Shown here one piece after another: positions 25,550 to 38,425 of a DNA stretch of 64,000 nucleotides. Numbering within the stretch: position 1 is the first letter of the stretch; every line of letters begins with the position of its first letter. The position numbers were made by a program, and so were the translations under genes. Under the pieces are notes generated by a model. That model did no database searches and had not been told where the DNA came from. It worked only from the letters and a program-made list of their open reading frames with translations. This DNA comes from Octopus bimaculoides (Eukaryota): contig NC_068981.1 in NCBI RefSeq assembly GCF_001194135.2, positions 174,151,386-174,215,385 on the forward strand, in the 5' to 3' direction.

Positions 25550-26115
25550 AAGATGGCGACCTGCCAGAGCTGTTAGCACGTCGGCAAAATGCTGAGCGGG
25601 ATTTTGTCCGTCTTCACGTTCTGAGTTCAAATTCCACCGAGGTCGACTTTGCGTTTCTTCTGTTGGGGTCGATGTAATTGACTTACCTCCTTCCCCGAAA
25701 ATGCTTGCTGGCCTTGTACCAAAATTTGAAATCAATATTATTAATGAACTTTAAGATGGCGACCTGGCAGAACTATTAGCATGCCTAACAAAATGCTAAG
25801 CGGCATTTCTTCCATCTTTATGGTCTGTGTTAAAATTTCCGCCGAGGTCGGCTTTGCTTTTTATCCTTTCGGGGTCGATAAAATAAGTACCAGGCAAACG
25901 CTGGCGTCGATGTTAGTGACTAATGCCTCTCACTCAACTTTAGACCTTCTACTTATTGCAGAAAGAATTATCATTATTATTAAGGCGGCAAGCCTACAGA
26001 ATCGTTAGCACGCCGGGCAAAATGCTACGCGGCATTTCATCTATTTTTACGTTCTGAGTTCAAATTCAGAAGGTCGATAAAATAAGTACCAGTCAAGTAC
26101 TGGGGTCGATGTACT
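25550..26115 (+). mobile_element. three head-to-tail SINE family A copies
   Basis: Heads AGATGGCGACCTG at 25551 and 25754 and TAAGGCGGCAAGCC at 25981, each with B-box and core (degenerate in copies 2-3), separated by TATTATT tracts. Confidence 0.88.
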
Positions 26116-26514
26116 CAACAAGTTCGGTAACATACTAGGGACTGATTGGAGTGATTTAAACCTATTTTACTTATATATTATCAATTTTTCCAGTGTTTTT
26201 GCCAATGTAGGAAATCAATATTATATTGTCTAGAATCAGACACATTTCTGTTTTTAGTTCTTCACTTCTTTACTAAAAGACTACTGTCATTTTCTTTTGT
26301 AGTGATTGTAAATTGTATCTAAAACTGTTTTAGGTAGATAGTTACTTTAACTGTTGCCAATATTGTTAGCTTCTAGTTGGTTAGTACCTATCCAAGATAT
26401 TCAAGATCAGAGAAACAATGAAGAGTGAAAAGTGTCTAGACTTTGAAGGGAACTGAGAAAGCTCTTGGATATGAAAATGATTTCATAATCCTTGTTGGTA
26501 TAGGAAGAATGTGA

Positions 26515-26601
26515 ATAACACAAACACACACACAGAGGCACACACACACAGAGGCACACACACACAGAGGCACACACACACAGAGGCACACACACACACA
26601 G

Positions 26602-26651
<50 letters not shown>

Positions 26652-26821
26652 AAGAGCACACACATGCAAGAGCTCAATAGACGGAGAGACATTAAAGTAA
26701 CTCTAGGGTCGGAGGATTGCTGAAAATAGTCATGCTAAGTAACCCAGTGTCTTTGGGAGATAAAGGAACCTGTTGCAACACAATTTCAATCCGTTGATAT
26801 GATGTAATTGGAATCTCACTT

Positions 26822-26860
<39 letters not shown>

Positions 26861-26918
26861 AACAACAACAACAACAACAACAACAACTACTACTACTACT
26901 ACTACTACTGCTGCTGCT
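26515..26918. repeat. (CACACACAGAGG)n, (CA)n and (ACT)n/(ACA)n simple repeats
   Basis: Directly visible at 26515-26660 and 26818-26918. Confidence 0.93.
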
Positions 26919-28719
26919 GTTGCTCATTCTGCATGTGCTGCTGTTGTCCCTCTTCTTTTTGTTTCCTTTTTCCCCTTCACATCTTTCTCCTTCCTTTTCT
27001 CCTCCCTATCCTGTCTTTNNNNNNNNNNNNNNNNNNNNNNNNNNNNNNNNNNNNNNNNNNNNNNNNNNNNNNNNNNNNNNNNNNNNNNNNNNNNNNNNNN
27101 NNNNNNNNNNNNNNNNNNNNNNNNNNNNNNNNNNNNNNNNNNNNNNNNNNNNNNNNNNNNNNNNNNNNNNNNNNNNNNNNNNNNNNNNNNNNNNNNNNNN
27201 NNNNNNNNNNNNNNNNNNNNNNNNNNNNNNNNNNNNNNNNNNNNNNNNNNNNNNNNNNNNNNNNNNNNNNNNNNNNNNNNNNNNNNNNNNNNNNNNNNNN
27301 NNNNNNNNNNNNNNNNNNNNNNNNNNNNNNNNNNNNNNNNNNNNNNNNNNNNNNNNNNNNNNNNNNNNNNNNNNNNNNNNNNNNNNNNNNNNNNNNNNNN
27401 NNNNNNNNNNNNNNNNNNNNNNNNNNNNNNNNNNNNNNNNNNNNNNNNNNNNNNNNNNNNNNNNNNNNNNNNNNNNNNNNNNNNNNNNNNNNNNNNNNNN
27501 NNNNNNNNNNNNNNNNNNNNNNNNNNNNNNNNNNNNNNNNNNNNNNNNNNNNNNNNNNNNNNNNNNNNNNNNNNNNNNNNNNNNNNNNNNNNNNNNNNNN
27601 NNNNNNNNNNNNNNNNNNNNNNNNNNNNNNNNNNNNNNNNNNNNNNNNNNNNNNNNNNNNNNNNNNNNNNNNNNNNNNNNNNNNNNNNNNNNNNNNNNNN
27701 NNNNNNNNNNNNNNNNNNNNNNNNNNNNNNNNNNNNNNNNNNNNNNNNNNNNNNNNNNNNNNNNNNNNNNNNNNNNNNNNNNNNNNNNNNNNCGAAAAAA
27801 ATATGATAAAAAGTAATGAAAACATTTATAAATATTTGACTGAAATTAGTTTTGCAGCAAACTTTATTCATGTATGAAAGAATTTAAACTCATAATTTGC
27901 TTTGGTAGAAGTTAAATATGTTGCGGATGTTGACCAGAGAAAGAAAACTGAATAGAGTAGAAAATGAAAAGAAGAAGAAAAAAAAAAGAAAAACAGAAAA
28001 AAAGGAAAGCAATGAAAACGTAAATTATAACAACGGGAAGAGAATAGAAATGAGGGAAATTAGTGATTTAAGTAACATAGCGTGACTTAACAAATGTTCA
28101 TAATTCGATGTAGTATTGGTAGCTATCTGATCGAATTAACATAAAGAGAGAAGACAAACATGTGAAAGCAGACGACCGTAAATGAATTGATTATTCTGTC
28201 AGTAGTGTCAACAACAAGAGACTGTAAATTTGAGGAAACATTCAAATGTACAAAATTATTACCCAAGTCAGGCAACTAGATTTCAAAGTAGGTTATCGTT
28301 TTTCAATACATCCTTTACGAAATGATATCAAATTGTCCCACTGTTTCATATGAAGCACTCTACGCCTATTTCATTGGTGCACTAAATCAATGACAATTAG
28401 TTACACAGACGGTGTATATCATTTAAGGAACCTAGAATTTTCGATTAAGTTTTCGAAGTCTTCTAAAATGGGAATTTGCTAAATAGCGTTTAAATTTTTG
28501 CTTTATCTTTTAACAAGTTATTAGTAAAAACTTCTAAATTACTGTTTTGAAAGTAAAACAATGCATTTAGGCTTATACATACATCCATATCCACAAACGT
28601 ACAAACAGACATGCATTCAAATTTATGAGAGGTAAGAATCATGTAGATATATGCATATCTGTATATTTATATAGCAGACTAGCAATTTGTAAATTCTAGA
28701 TAACATGGATATACAGTAA

Positions 28720-29260
28720 GAAAGTCACAGCACCGCGGTATTCATTATGAAAAAGCATCTCGCATAGATGTATAGTGCTAAAAGATACAAATGTATCAGT
28801 AGCAGGCGAAAAGTTATCAGTCTGGGTTTTCTGAAAATTTGCGTGACTTCACTTGCAAGTATCCATTATCACCACATGCTTAGAGAAATTTCGTCTCTAC
28901 TGATATATAAAATACAATGATTAACAAGTCACTAGTGTTACAAATAGCTGGCGGCACCAGCTATTTGTGATACCAGACCGTCTTACAATATATTCACGTT
29001 AATTAAGACACAGAGGTCGCTATTTACCCAGCCCGCCAGCTATTTGTGATACCAGTGACTTGTTAACCATTGTTTTTATATATCAGCAGAAATAAAATTC
29101 ATCTTTGCATGCGGTGATAATGGATACTTACAATCGAAGTCACGCAAATACGCAGAAATCCTAGACTTATCACTTTCCACCTGCTGCTAATATTTTTGTG
29201 CCTTTTAGCACTATACGTCTATACAAGATACTTTCTCAAGACGAATACTGCAGTGTTGTG
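28720..29260. mobile_element. foldback / long-TIR MITE (~235-bp diverged inverted arms, ~80-bp spacer)
   Basis: 28720-28954 aligns to the reverse complement of 29032-29260 (e.g. GTATAGTGCTAAAAG, TTTGCGTGACTTC, AAGTATCCATTATCACC, TTAACAAGTCACT, ACAAATAGCTGGCGG). No ORF. Confidence 0.8.
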
Positions 29261-29845
29261 TGGATCTCTCAGTGTCTCTACATGAAGTAAGATATACAGG
29301 TTGTTATTTTGATCTAAAACTACTTCTGCCACTAATAACGAGTCTACATATAACAATTTTCTTTAGTTCTTCTTTTGGTGTTGTTATTCACTGGATTACA
29401 GCAATGTTAGACTAGCGCTTTGACGGGTTTTAGTCGAGCCCAATACATTGTTTGGCGCGTATTTAATTAATATCAAAAGATATGATATGTAAAAGGGATA
29501 CTTGCAAAAGGTGAGATAACCCAGTCATACACACATCTATTCAATGAATAGATTCTCGCCTCGCACTGACATCCAAACGCACACATGCATACATTCATAC
29601 ACACACACATACACGCACGCACACAAGATAAAACAGACGAATGGATTTTTATTTATCGCTACAGCTGTTTTCTTAGGAGATTTTATTGTGAATTAAACAT
29701 CACACAAATAGTTATATATAGACATATAATAAATATCAATAAGGTTATGCAATACATTACATATACACTCTCGAGTCCTCAGGTTAAATTGTAGTTCAAG
29801 CGAGTAGGATATTTTATGGCATTATGTTGATTTCAAAACAGTGTA

Positions 29846-30624
29846 TGTGATCTGATCAATAAGTATCCGGATTGTTCCCATAGTAACGAAGCTAAAGCAC
29901 GCAGAGTGAAGTCACTTGACGAAGTTTAACTTTGAACTCTGCTATGCATGCGCACTGAATTTTAACGTTCTAGCTCACTTCCGCTGTTTACAGCAGTGCT
30001 TGGAAGGAAGGTGTGTAACGTGTGATCGTCGCATTTGCCATGACAGAGAAATTCGTCATGGTGATATCGGTTCAGAGGCCTCTGCAAAGTTGTAGAAAGA
30101 GTATGGAGATGAGTGTATGAGCTGCACACACAAGTGTACGAGTGATTCAGACGTTTCCAAGATGGCCGAAAAAATATCGAACGTTCTAGGAGACCCGCAA
30201 CCAGCAGAACTAAGAAAATCATCGCAGATATGCGTGCAGCTGTAAGGGGAAATCGTCGAATTCGTGAGTTATCAGAGGATGTGCAGATTAGTTACGGTTC
30301 AGTTCAGTTCATTATTACTGAAGATTTAGGTATGAGACGCGTGTCTGCCAAGTATGTGCAAAAACTGCTTTCAGCTGACCAAAAGGATACTCGGCTTTCA
30401 GATGCACAAGATTTCCTTGATTGTGTCGAGAATGACGAAAACTTTTTGAAAACTTTGCATAGGCCTCTGAGCAGGTGTCGCCAAGCTTTTGGCAAAATTT
30501 GATGCAGATTTTCTGCTCAACTTTCTCTGTCATGATCAATGCGACGACCACACGCTACACATCTCCCTTTCCAAGCATTGCTGTAAACAGCAGAAGTGAG
30601 CTAGAACGTTAAAACTTAGTGCGC
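29846..30624. mobile_element. rearranged mariner: + strand 5' half fused to an inverted second 5' end
   Basis: + strand encodes RAAVRGNRRIRELSEDVQISYGSVQFIITEDLGMRRVSAKYVQKLLSADQK..RL...ENDENFLK. Minus ORF 30315..30551 encodes MTEKVEQKICIKFCQKLGDTCSEAYAKF. 29950-30095 and 30449-30624 are inverted repeats. TIR-like TA-TGTGATCTGATCAATAAGTATCCGG at the left end. Confidence 0.88.
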
Positions 30625-30790
30625 TTAGATTCGAAGACTACAAATCCGAGTCATCACCGGAACTGTAGACATCTGTAAAACTTTCCTGAAGTTTATCATT
30701 AAAGTATTTACGAGCATGTCTAGACATGCAATTATATGCATGAAAATACATACATAAAACAAATCTGCACATATACATAATTCATACATA
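30625..30790 (+). mobile_element. RLE LINE family 2, short 5'-truncated 3' end
   Basis: IRRLQIRVITGTVDICKTFLKFII* plus 3'UTR GAGCATGTCTAGA..ATATGCATGA, homologous to 35990-36110. Confidence 0.75.
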
Positions 30791-30849
30791 CATACATACA
30801 CACATACATACATACATACATACATACATATGTTTGTGTGTGTGTATGT

Positions 30850-31055
30850 GTGTGCCTGTGTCCGTGTTTGTCTCCTCACTTCACTTGAAAGTAGCGTTTG
30901 CTTGTATACGTTCCCGTAAGTTAGCGGTTTAGCAAAAGAACCGATAAATTAAGTACAAGACTTTTAAAAAAGTACTGAGTTCGAATTCTTCGACTAAAAC
31001 GCTTCAAGGCTGTACCCCTGCACGGCAGCAGTCCAATGACCGAAACAAGTAAAAG
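30850..31055 (+). mobile_element. SINE family B 3' half, degenerate
   Basis: CCCGTAAGTTAGCGGTTTAGCAAAAGAACCGATAAATTAAGTAC...CAGTCCAATGACCGAAACAAGTAAAAGA. Confidence 0.8.
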
Positions 31056-31435
31056 ACAGAGATACACAGATTACATCCATACACATTAATACGTACATTC
31101 ATACACACACGTATACATTCATATACGCATGCATAAATAGATAGTAATTTTGAAAAGCTACCACTTCAGACAGACAGAGACCTTCAAATAAGTGCTCTGT
31201 AAATACAATCTAGAAGCGGAATAGTGAAAATATGCAAGAAATTTCTAAAACTGAACAAGCATTTACTGTTCTTCTTGTTCTTGTTATATAGATTCCAGCG
31301 ATGGAGTTTTGTTTATTAATTGAAAGAATTACATACAAAATATATATTTACGTAAATATGTATGTATGCATGCATGCAGCATGTATGTATGTATGTATGT
31401 ATGTATGTATGTATGTATGTATGTGTATGTATGCA

Positions 31436-31484
<49 letters not shown>

Positions 31485-31859
31485 CAATGTGACTCTAATT
31501 CTACCAAGCAACGCTTTGCAAACACACTAACAAACAAAGAAAGAGAGAATGAAACAGATAGAGAACGATAGATGTTCACAGGAAACTAGAGAGCTGCTGG
31601 TGCTGGTGCTGATGATGATTCTGTGGTATATGGCATAGTGTGTGTATGGGGAGGTGGCGGGAAAGAGGAGCAGAATAAAAAAAAGAGGTATCGATTTTTA
31701 CTTTATTGATTAAAATCTTTGACGTATCACATGTGGCTGAAGCTCTCTTGTTCCGGTGGTTCGGTTTCCTTCGCTTTGACTTGACATTCTCAAGCAAATT
31801 ACATTTCCGTTGTAAGAGGAAAATATATACTTATAGGCATACTGACACATATACATTCA

Positions 31860-31880
31860 CACACAAACATACAAGCTTAC

Positions 31881-31928
<48 letters not shown>

Positions 31929-32326
31929 TACGCGCACACACACATTTACGCGAAAAAGAGAACCACATTCTAAAATACACGCATACAAATACTAAGGTAT
32001 GTATGCACACTTACACGGTCAGTAACATACAATCATAAATACACACATGCTCACGTGTACACACACACACGCACGCACGTACGCACGCATGCACGCACAC
32101 ACACACACATACACACACAGACACAAAACTTATACACCTATGCACATATACACACACAGTTGCCTATTCAATTTCGTAGCAATATACAGTTTCCTTTCAT
32201 TTTATTTCTTTGTCTTTAATATTGCCTCTGTTTCTTCTCTCTGTATTTATAATGCTTGCATTCTCTCTCTCCCATCACACACACACACACTCTCTCTCTC
32301 TCTGTGCCTGTATGTCTTTCTACGTG

Positions 32327-32369
<43 letters not shown>

Positions 32370-32386
32370 ATCAACATATATGTGTA

Positions 32387-32426
<40 letters not shown>

Positions 32427-32550
32427 CATGCACATACACACATATACATGTATATATATATGTACATATGCACACATATATTTAGATGTATATAATATAT
32501 TTATATGTGTGTGTGTGTATGTGTGTGTATATATATGTGTGTATATATGT
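31860..32550. repeat. (CA)n/(TA)n/(TG)n microsatellite field
   Basis: Directly visible. Confidence 0.9.
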
Positions 32551-32824
32551 CAGTCACTTTCAGTTATTTTAAGTTTTCTAACTTTCTTTCGAGACTAATC
32601 TGTTGTTATTTTCTCTATTCTTTCTGTACGGGACTTTTGGCCGTATGTTAACATGAACGTTTCGCTCCACAAGTACGTTCCTGTCTCTTTGTATTCAATC
32701 TTTCGTGGTCAACTGATATTTGTAATAAGACTTCACAGAAAACTGTCTCTTCTAACACCAGCAGAACAACGTACAGTGACAAAGTATCTAAATATGTCTG
32801 AAGCTTCACTGTAACATAAATATA

Positions 32825-33671
32825 TATTAGCGGTACCAAAAAGAATGTTGCATTCCGTACAATGAGTTTAGATCAACATTAAACATATCGTAAATATATT
32901 TCATTGAAAATATAATCGCCATTGTTAGCAATAACATTTTCTCAGCTCGAAACTAGTTTTCTGATTTCTCGGTCAAAACAAAATTAGGTTCTTTAGAAGA
33001 GAAAGATGTTTGCGTTGCCATTTCGACATCATCCGTGCTTCTGAATGTTCTTCCACTGATAAAGTATTCAAGTCACCCGAATAAGTGAAAATATGATGGT
33101 GCTAGGTTAGGTGAGCAAGGAGGGTGAGGTAGAGCTTCCCAGCTCAATGAATTTATATTTTCTAGGATTATCTTGGTGAATGTGCTGCTTTATTCCCGGA
33201 GAACAGCTAATGAAGGACTCACTTCCCTTCTCTATATACTTTCTCAATAATTTTGAGATGATCTTGCACAATGAACCAAAGTGTGTTGAATCTCCAGGAT
33301 AAGCCTATTATATTTTGACGCAGATCCTTTTCAACTGCTGTTTCCACTGCGTCATTACTGAGAACAAATGGTGTTCCTGATCGACTCCCATCAAAAAAGA
33401 TCGAAATCATCGTTTTTGAATTTCTTTAACCACCTTTGGCATTTCCGAACACTCACACTATTAGGATACTCAGTACATATGTTTTTCCCTTGTATGTGTA
33501 GAATCGTTGCCCTTATGAAATTGTTAAAGGATGCCTGCCGAATATACAGCTCACTAAAGTCATTGTCTTCGTAGGCTATCAGACATACACACAGCGCATG
33601 TCCAAATTAACGTTTGCTCATTAACAGTATGCTGATCGGTTGATTGCACGGATATCTTTTATTGACTTGTA
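32825..33671 (-). mobile_element. internally deleted mariner (Mos1-like)
   Basis: N-terminal KGN..TH.R..ICTEYPNSVSVRKCQRWLKKFKNDDFD and DGSRSGTPFVLSNDAVETAVEKDLRQ...HLKIIEKVYREGK are joined directly to C-terminal WEALPHPPCSPNLAPSYFHLF...GRTFRSTDDVEMA...GIRKLVSS*ENVIANNGDYIF. The TGDEKW and HDNA catalytic segments are missing. Degenerate TIR-like ends. Confidence 0.88.
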
Positions 33672-34164
33672 AGCTAATTGTTGTATGACGTCAGATTATT
33701 TGCTTGAAAATATAGTAAAAGATACTTGCTTGAGTAGCCGTGCGGTGGGACTGAACCCGCAACCACATTGTTGCTTACTGAACTTCTTTATTACATAGCA
33801 TTATCTGCGACTATATGTATATTTTATATTTTTTTATGTTTATGCTTACATATGTTCGACTGAACCCTTTAAGTTGGTACCCCAGCATGGCCGCAGTCCA
33901 ATGGCTGAAACAAAAGATAACCTAAGTCACATTTGATCTATAATTGTGTGTATGTGTGCATGCGCGCGTTCGAGATGATATATATGCTTGAGTATGTCTG
34001 CTTATATATATATATATATATATAACACTAAACGTAAGATGTGTTTTATGTTGGTATAATGTATGAGTTTGTATTGTGGTAATATACATATACGTATGCA
34101 TGTGTTTGTGTGTGAGTGTGTGTGTGAGTGTGTGTGTGAGTGTGTGTGTGAGTGTGTGTGTGAG

Positions 34165-34197
<33 letters not shown>

Positions 34198-34774
34198 GCG
34201 TGCGTGTTTTTACAGATATATGCCTTACACAAACACACACATACATCCGTACATTTAAAACGCTACACTTCGTTAAACGCCAGAGGTGTAGACTATATTA
34301 TTTATTTAAACTGAATTATGTTTTCGGCGACTCGCTTTTCCTGTCACGCTGATTATTAATCAGGCGATTGACTTCGGATATCTCAAGTTAAGTTTCATAT
34401 ACAATTCAAGCAGGTTCATTCCTCTGTATATGCATATCGGTTTTCATCGGCCAGTCATAGACCATTATCTTTTCAGGGCGTTGTCTTTTTGATTATTAGA
34501 GCCGGCATTGACAGATGTTAAACGTTTGTTATTTCTCTCTTGTTCTGGTGTCGGCTCGTAGTTGTATCCGCCTTCTGTAAATTGTTATCCTGTTGACGCT
34601 GACTAAGTCTGGTGTCTCCAATTATAATTTTATTGGTATCTTATTATGCTGTTGTTTTTAGCTGCCAGTTTGTTTGATATTTAGTTTTCGGGGTGAGTGT
34701 GGCGTCTTGTCTGTCATTCAATCAATTGTCGAAGCACCTCTGCTACCATCTCTACTGCTATTGTGTTACCACAT

Positions 34775-34975
34775 GTTTTACGTATCTCAGTCATTGGACT
34801 GCGGCCATGCTGGGGCACCAGCTTGAAGAGTTTAGTCGAACAAATCGACCACAGAATTTATTAATTTTTAAAGTCAGGTACATATTCCATCGGTCTTTTA
34901 TTACCAGTCCGTTAGGTTACGGTGACGTGTACAAACTAACACCGGTTGTCAAGTGACAGCGAGGGACAAATACAG
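34775..34975 (-). mobile_element. SINE family B 3' half (runs into microsatellite and gap)
   Basis: CAGTCATTGGACTGCGGCCATGCTGGGGCACC...GGTTACGGTGACGTGTACAAACTAACACCGGTTGTCAAG. Confidence 0.87.
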
Positions 34976-35028
34976 ACATAAAGAACTGCACTTATGCATG
35001 AGCATGCGTAGGTATGTGTGTGGGTGTT

Positions 35029-35059
<31 letters not shown>

Positions 35060-35894
35060 NNNNNNNNNNNNNNNNNNNNNNNNNNNNNNNNNNNNNNNNN
35101 NNNNNNNNNNNNNNNNNNNNNNNNNNNNNNNNNNNNNNNNNNNNNNNNNNNNNNNNNNNNNNNNNNNNNNNNNNNNNNNNNNNNNNNNNNNNNNNNNNNN
35201 NNNNNNNNNNNNNNNNNNNNNNNNNNNNNNNNNNNNNNNNNNNNNNNNNNNNNNNNNNNNNNNNNNNNNNNNNNNNNNNNNNNNNNNNNNNNNNNNNNNN
35301 NNNNNNNNNNNNNNNNNNNNNNNNNNNNNNNNNNNNNNNNNNNNNNNNNNNNNNNNNNNNNNNNNNNNNNNNNNNNNNNNNNNNNNNNNNNNNNNNNNNN
35401 NNNNNNNNNNNNNNNNNNNNNNNNNNNNNNNNNNNNNNNNNNNNNNNNNNNNNNNNNNNNNNNNNNNNNNNNNNNNNNNNNNNNNNNNNNNNNNNNNNNN
35501 NNNNNNNNNNNNNNNNNNNNNNNNNNNNNNNNNNNNNNNNNNNNNNNNNNNNNNNNNNNNNNNNNNNNNNNNNNNNNNNNNNNNNNNNNNNNNNNNNNNN
35601 NNNNNNNNNNNNNNNNNNNNNNNNNNNNNNNNNNNNNNNNNNNNNNNNNNNNNNNNNNNNNNNNNNNNNNNNNNNNNNNNNNNNNNNNNNNNNNNNNNNN
35701 NNNNNNNNNNNNNNNNNNNNNNNNNNNNNNNNNNNNNNNNNNNNNNNNNNNNNNNNNNNNNNNNNNNNNNNNNNNNNNNNNNNNNNNNNNNNNNNNNNNN
35801 NNNNNNNNNNNNNNNNNNNNNNNNNNNNNNNNNNNNNNNNNNNNNNNNNNNNNNNNNNNNNNNNNNATATATATATATATATATATATATATAC

Positions 35895-36250
35895 CTGTCA
35901 TTATTAAGGCGCTGGGATATGTAACATACTGCCTAAATACCAATCTTGAGAAATTAGGCTTCTCAAAACCAGAAAGGAGAAAGCTAATTCGAGACTACAG
36001 ATCTATTCCATCACTGGAACTGTAAAAATCTGTAAAACTTTCCAGAAGTTTATCATTTAAATATATATGAGCATGTCTAGATATATAACTATATGCATGA
36101 GAACACACACATAAAGCAAAACATACAAATCTGTACATATACATACATGCAAATAAAAATACACTGTTGTTCATGTTGAAATTACAATAAAGGAACCTTG
36201 GATCTAGGTTAGAAACCGGTTCTTTCTCTACTGGCAAGGAATCTTGAAAT
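35895..36250 (+). mobile_element. RLE LINE family 2, 3' end with 3'UTR
   Basis: IPVIIKALGYVTYCLNTNLEKLGFSKPERRKLIR/RLQIYSITGTVKICKTFQKFII* followed by ~180 bp UTR. Confidence 0.78.
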
Positions 36251-36267
36251 AAAACTTTCATTCTTTT

Positions 36268-36450
36268 ACTTGTTTTATTTGTTTCAGTCATTTGACTGCG
36301 GCAATGCTGGAGCATCTCTTAGAAGAGTTTTTTTAGTCGAACAAATCGTCTCCAAGACTTTCATTTTAAGCCAAGTGTTTATTTCATCAGTTTCTTTTTT
36401 TGCTGAACCGCTAAATTACGGTGACGTAAACACACCAACACCGGTCGTGA
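36268..36450 (-). mobile_element. SINE family B 3' half
   Basis: TTTCAGTCATTTGACTGCGGCAATGCTGGAGCA...GCTGAACCGCTAAATTACGGTGACGTAAACACACC. Confidence 0.87.
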
Positions 36451-37812
36451 TGAAGGGATAAACACATGCACAAACACACACACACATAGAAACATACATA
36501 CACACACATACATATATACATACATACACACACGCACACTTACAAATGCGCGCGCGCACACACACATACGTATATACATACAAACCCACACATGCACGCA
36601 GACTCACACCGCGCGCGCACACACACATTCGAAAGCCTTTGTGAAAATTACTTAATACAGTTTTTATGTCTAAAGGGTGATTTTTAAAAAAAAATCGTTT
36701 TTCCCCCAAAAGTTATAAAATCTTTTATCGGAATGTCACAAACCTTTTTGGAAGGAAAGTGAGAGCTTTCGATTAATCTTTTCAAACACACGTGCTCTTT
36801 ATATATGTATANNNNNNNNNNNNNNNNNNNNNNNNNNNNNNNNNNNNNNNNNNNNNNNNNNNNNNNNNNNNNNNNNNNNNNNNNNNNNNNNNNNNNNNNN
36901 NNNNNNNNNNNNNNNNNNNNNNNNNNNNNNNNNNNNNNNNNNNNNNNNNNNNNNNNNNNNNNNNNNNNNNNNNNNNNNNNNNNNNNNNNNNNNNNNNNNN
37001 NNNNNNNNNNNNNNNNNNNNNNNNNNNNNNNNNNNNNNNNNNNNNNNNNNNNNNNNNNNNNNNNNNNNNNNNNNNNNNNNNNNNNNNNNNNNNNNNNNNN
37101 NNNNNNNNNNNNNNNNNNNNNNNNNNNNNNNNNNNNNNNNNNNNNNNNNNNNNNNNNNNNNNNNNNNNNNNNNNNNNNNNNNNNNNNNNNNNNNNNNNNN
37201 NNNNNNNNNNNNNNNNNNNNNNNNNNNNNNNNNNNNNNNNNNNNNNNNNNNNNNNNNNNNNNNNNNNNNNNNNNNNNNNNNNNNNNNNNNNNNNNNNNNN
37301 NNNNNNNNNNNNNNNNNNNNNNNNNNNNNNNNNNNNNNNNNNNNNNNNNNNNNNNNNNNNNNNNNNNNNNNNNNNNNNNNNNNNNNNNNNNNNNNNNNNN
37401 NNNNNNNNNNNNNNNNNNNNNNNNNNNNNNNNNNNNNNNNNNNNNNNNNNNNNNNNNNNNNNNNNNNNNNNNNNNNNNNNNNNNNNNNNNNNNNNNNNNN
37501 NNNNNNNNNNNNNNNNNNNNNNNNNNNNNNNNNNNNNNNNNNNNNNNNNNNNNNNNNNNNNNNNNNNNNNNNNNNNNNNNNNNNNNNNNNNNNNNNNNNN
37601 NNNNNNNNNNNNNNNNNNNNNNNNNNNNNNNNNNNNNNNNNNNNNNNNNNNNNNNNNNNNNNNNNNNNNNNNNNNNNNNNNNNNNNNNNNNNNNNNNNNN
37701 NNNNNNNNNNNNNNNNNNNNNNNNNNNNNNNNNNNNNNNNNNNNNNNNNNNNNNNNNNNNNNNNNNNNNNNNNNNNNNNNNNATATATATATATATATAT
37801 ATATACATATAT

Positions 37813-37976
37813 ACGACGGGCTTCTTTCAGTTTTCGTCTACCAAATCCACTCACAAGGCTTTGGTCGGCCCGAGGCTATAGTAGAAGACACTTGCCCAAG
37901 GTGCCACGCAGTGGGACTGAACCTGGAACCATGTGGTTAGTAAGCAAGCTACTTAGCACACAGCCACTCCTACTCC
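37813..37976 (-). mobile_element. SINE family B 5' half (tRNA head)
   Basis: ACGACGGGCTTCTTTCAGTTTTCGTCTACCAAATCCACTCACAAGG...GTGGGACTGAACCTGGAACCATGTGG...CAGCCACTCC. Confidence 0.9.
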
Positions 37977-38269
37977 TAATATGTGTGTCAATTCTACAAA
38001 AAAAAAGGTTACAAAAGATCCATTGATCGGATTGGTTATAGGACGTTAGACGGGGTATATAAATATATCCTACACACACAAACACGTACCTATTTATACA
38101 CTAATATTTCTCTTTCGTCTGCCGTTACGTCCTGAGTTCAAATTCCGCCGAGGTCGACTTTGNNNNNNNNNNNNNNNNNNNNNNNNNNNNNNNNNNNNNN
38201 NNNNNNNNNNNNNNNNNNNNNNNNNNNNNNNNNNNNNNNNNNNNNNNNNNNNNNNNNNNNNNTATATAT

Positions 38270-38425
38270 ATACGATGGGCTTCTTTTATTTTCCATCTAC
38301 CAAATACACTCACAAGACTCTGGTCGGCCCGAGGCGGTAGTAGAAGACACCTGTCCAAGGTGCCTCGCAGTGAGACTGAACTCGGAACCATGTAGTTGGG
38401 AGCTAGCTTCTTACCACACAGGCAC
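38270..38425 (-). mobile_element. SINE family B 5' half
   Basis: Same motifs as 37813-37976, more diverged; a family A fragment lies at 38120-38162. Confidence 0.85.
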
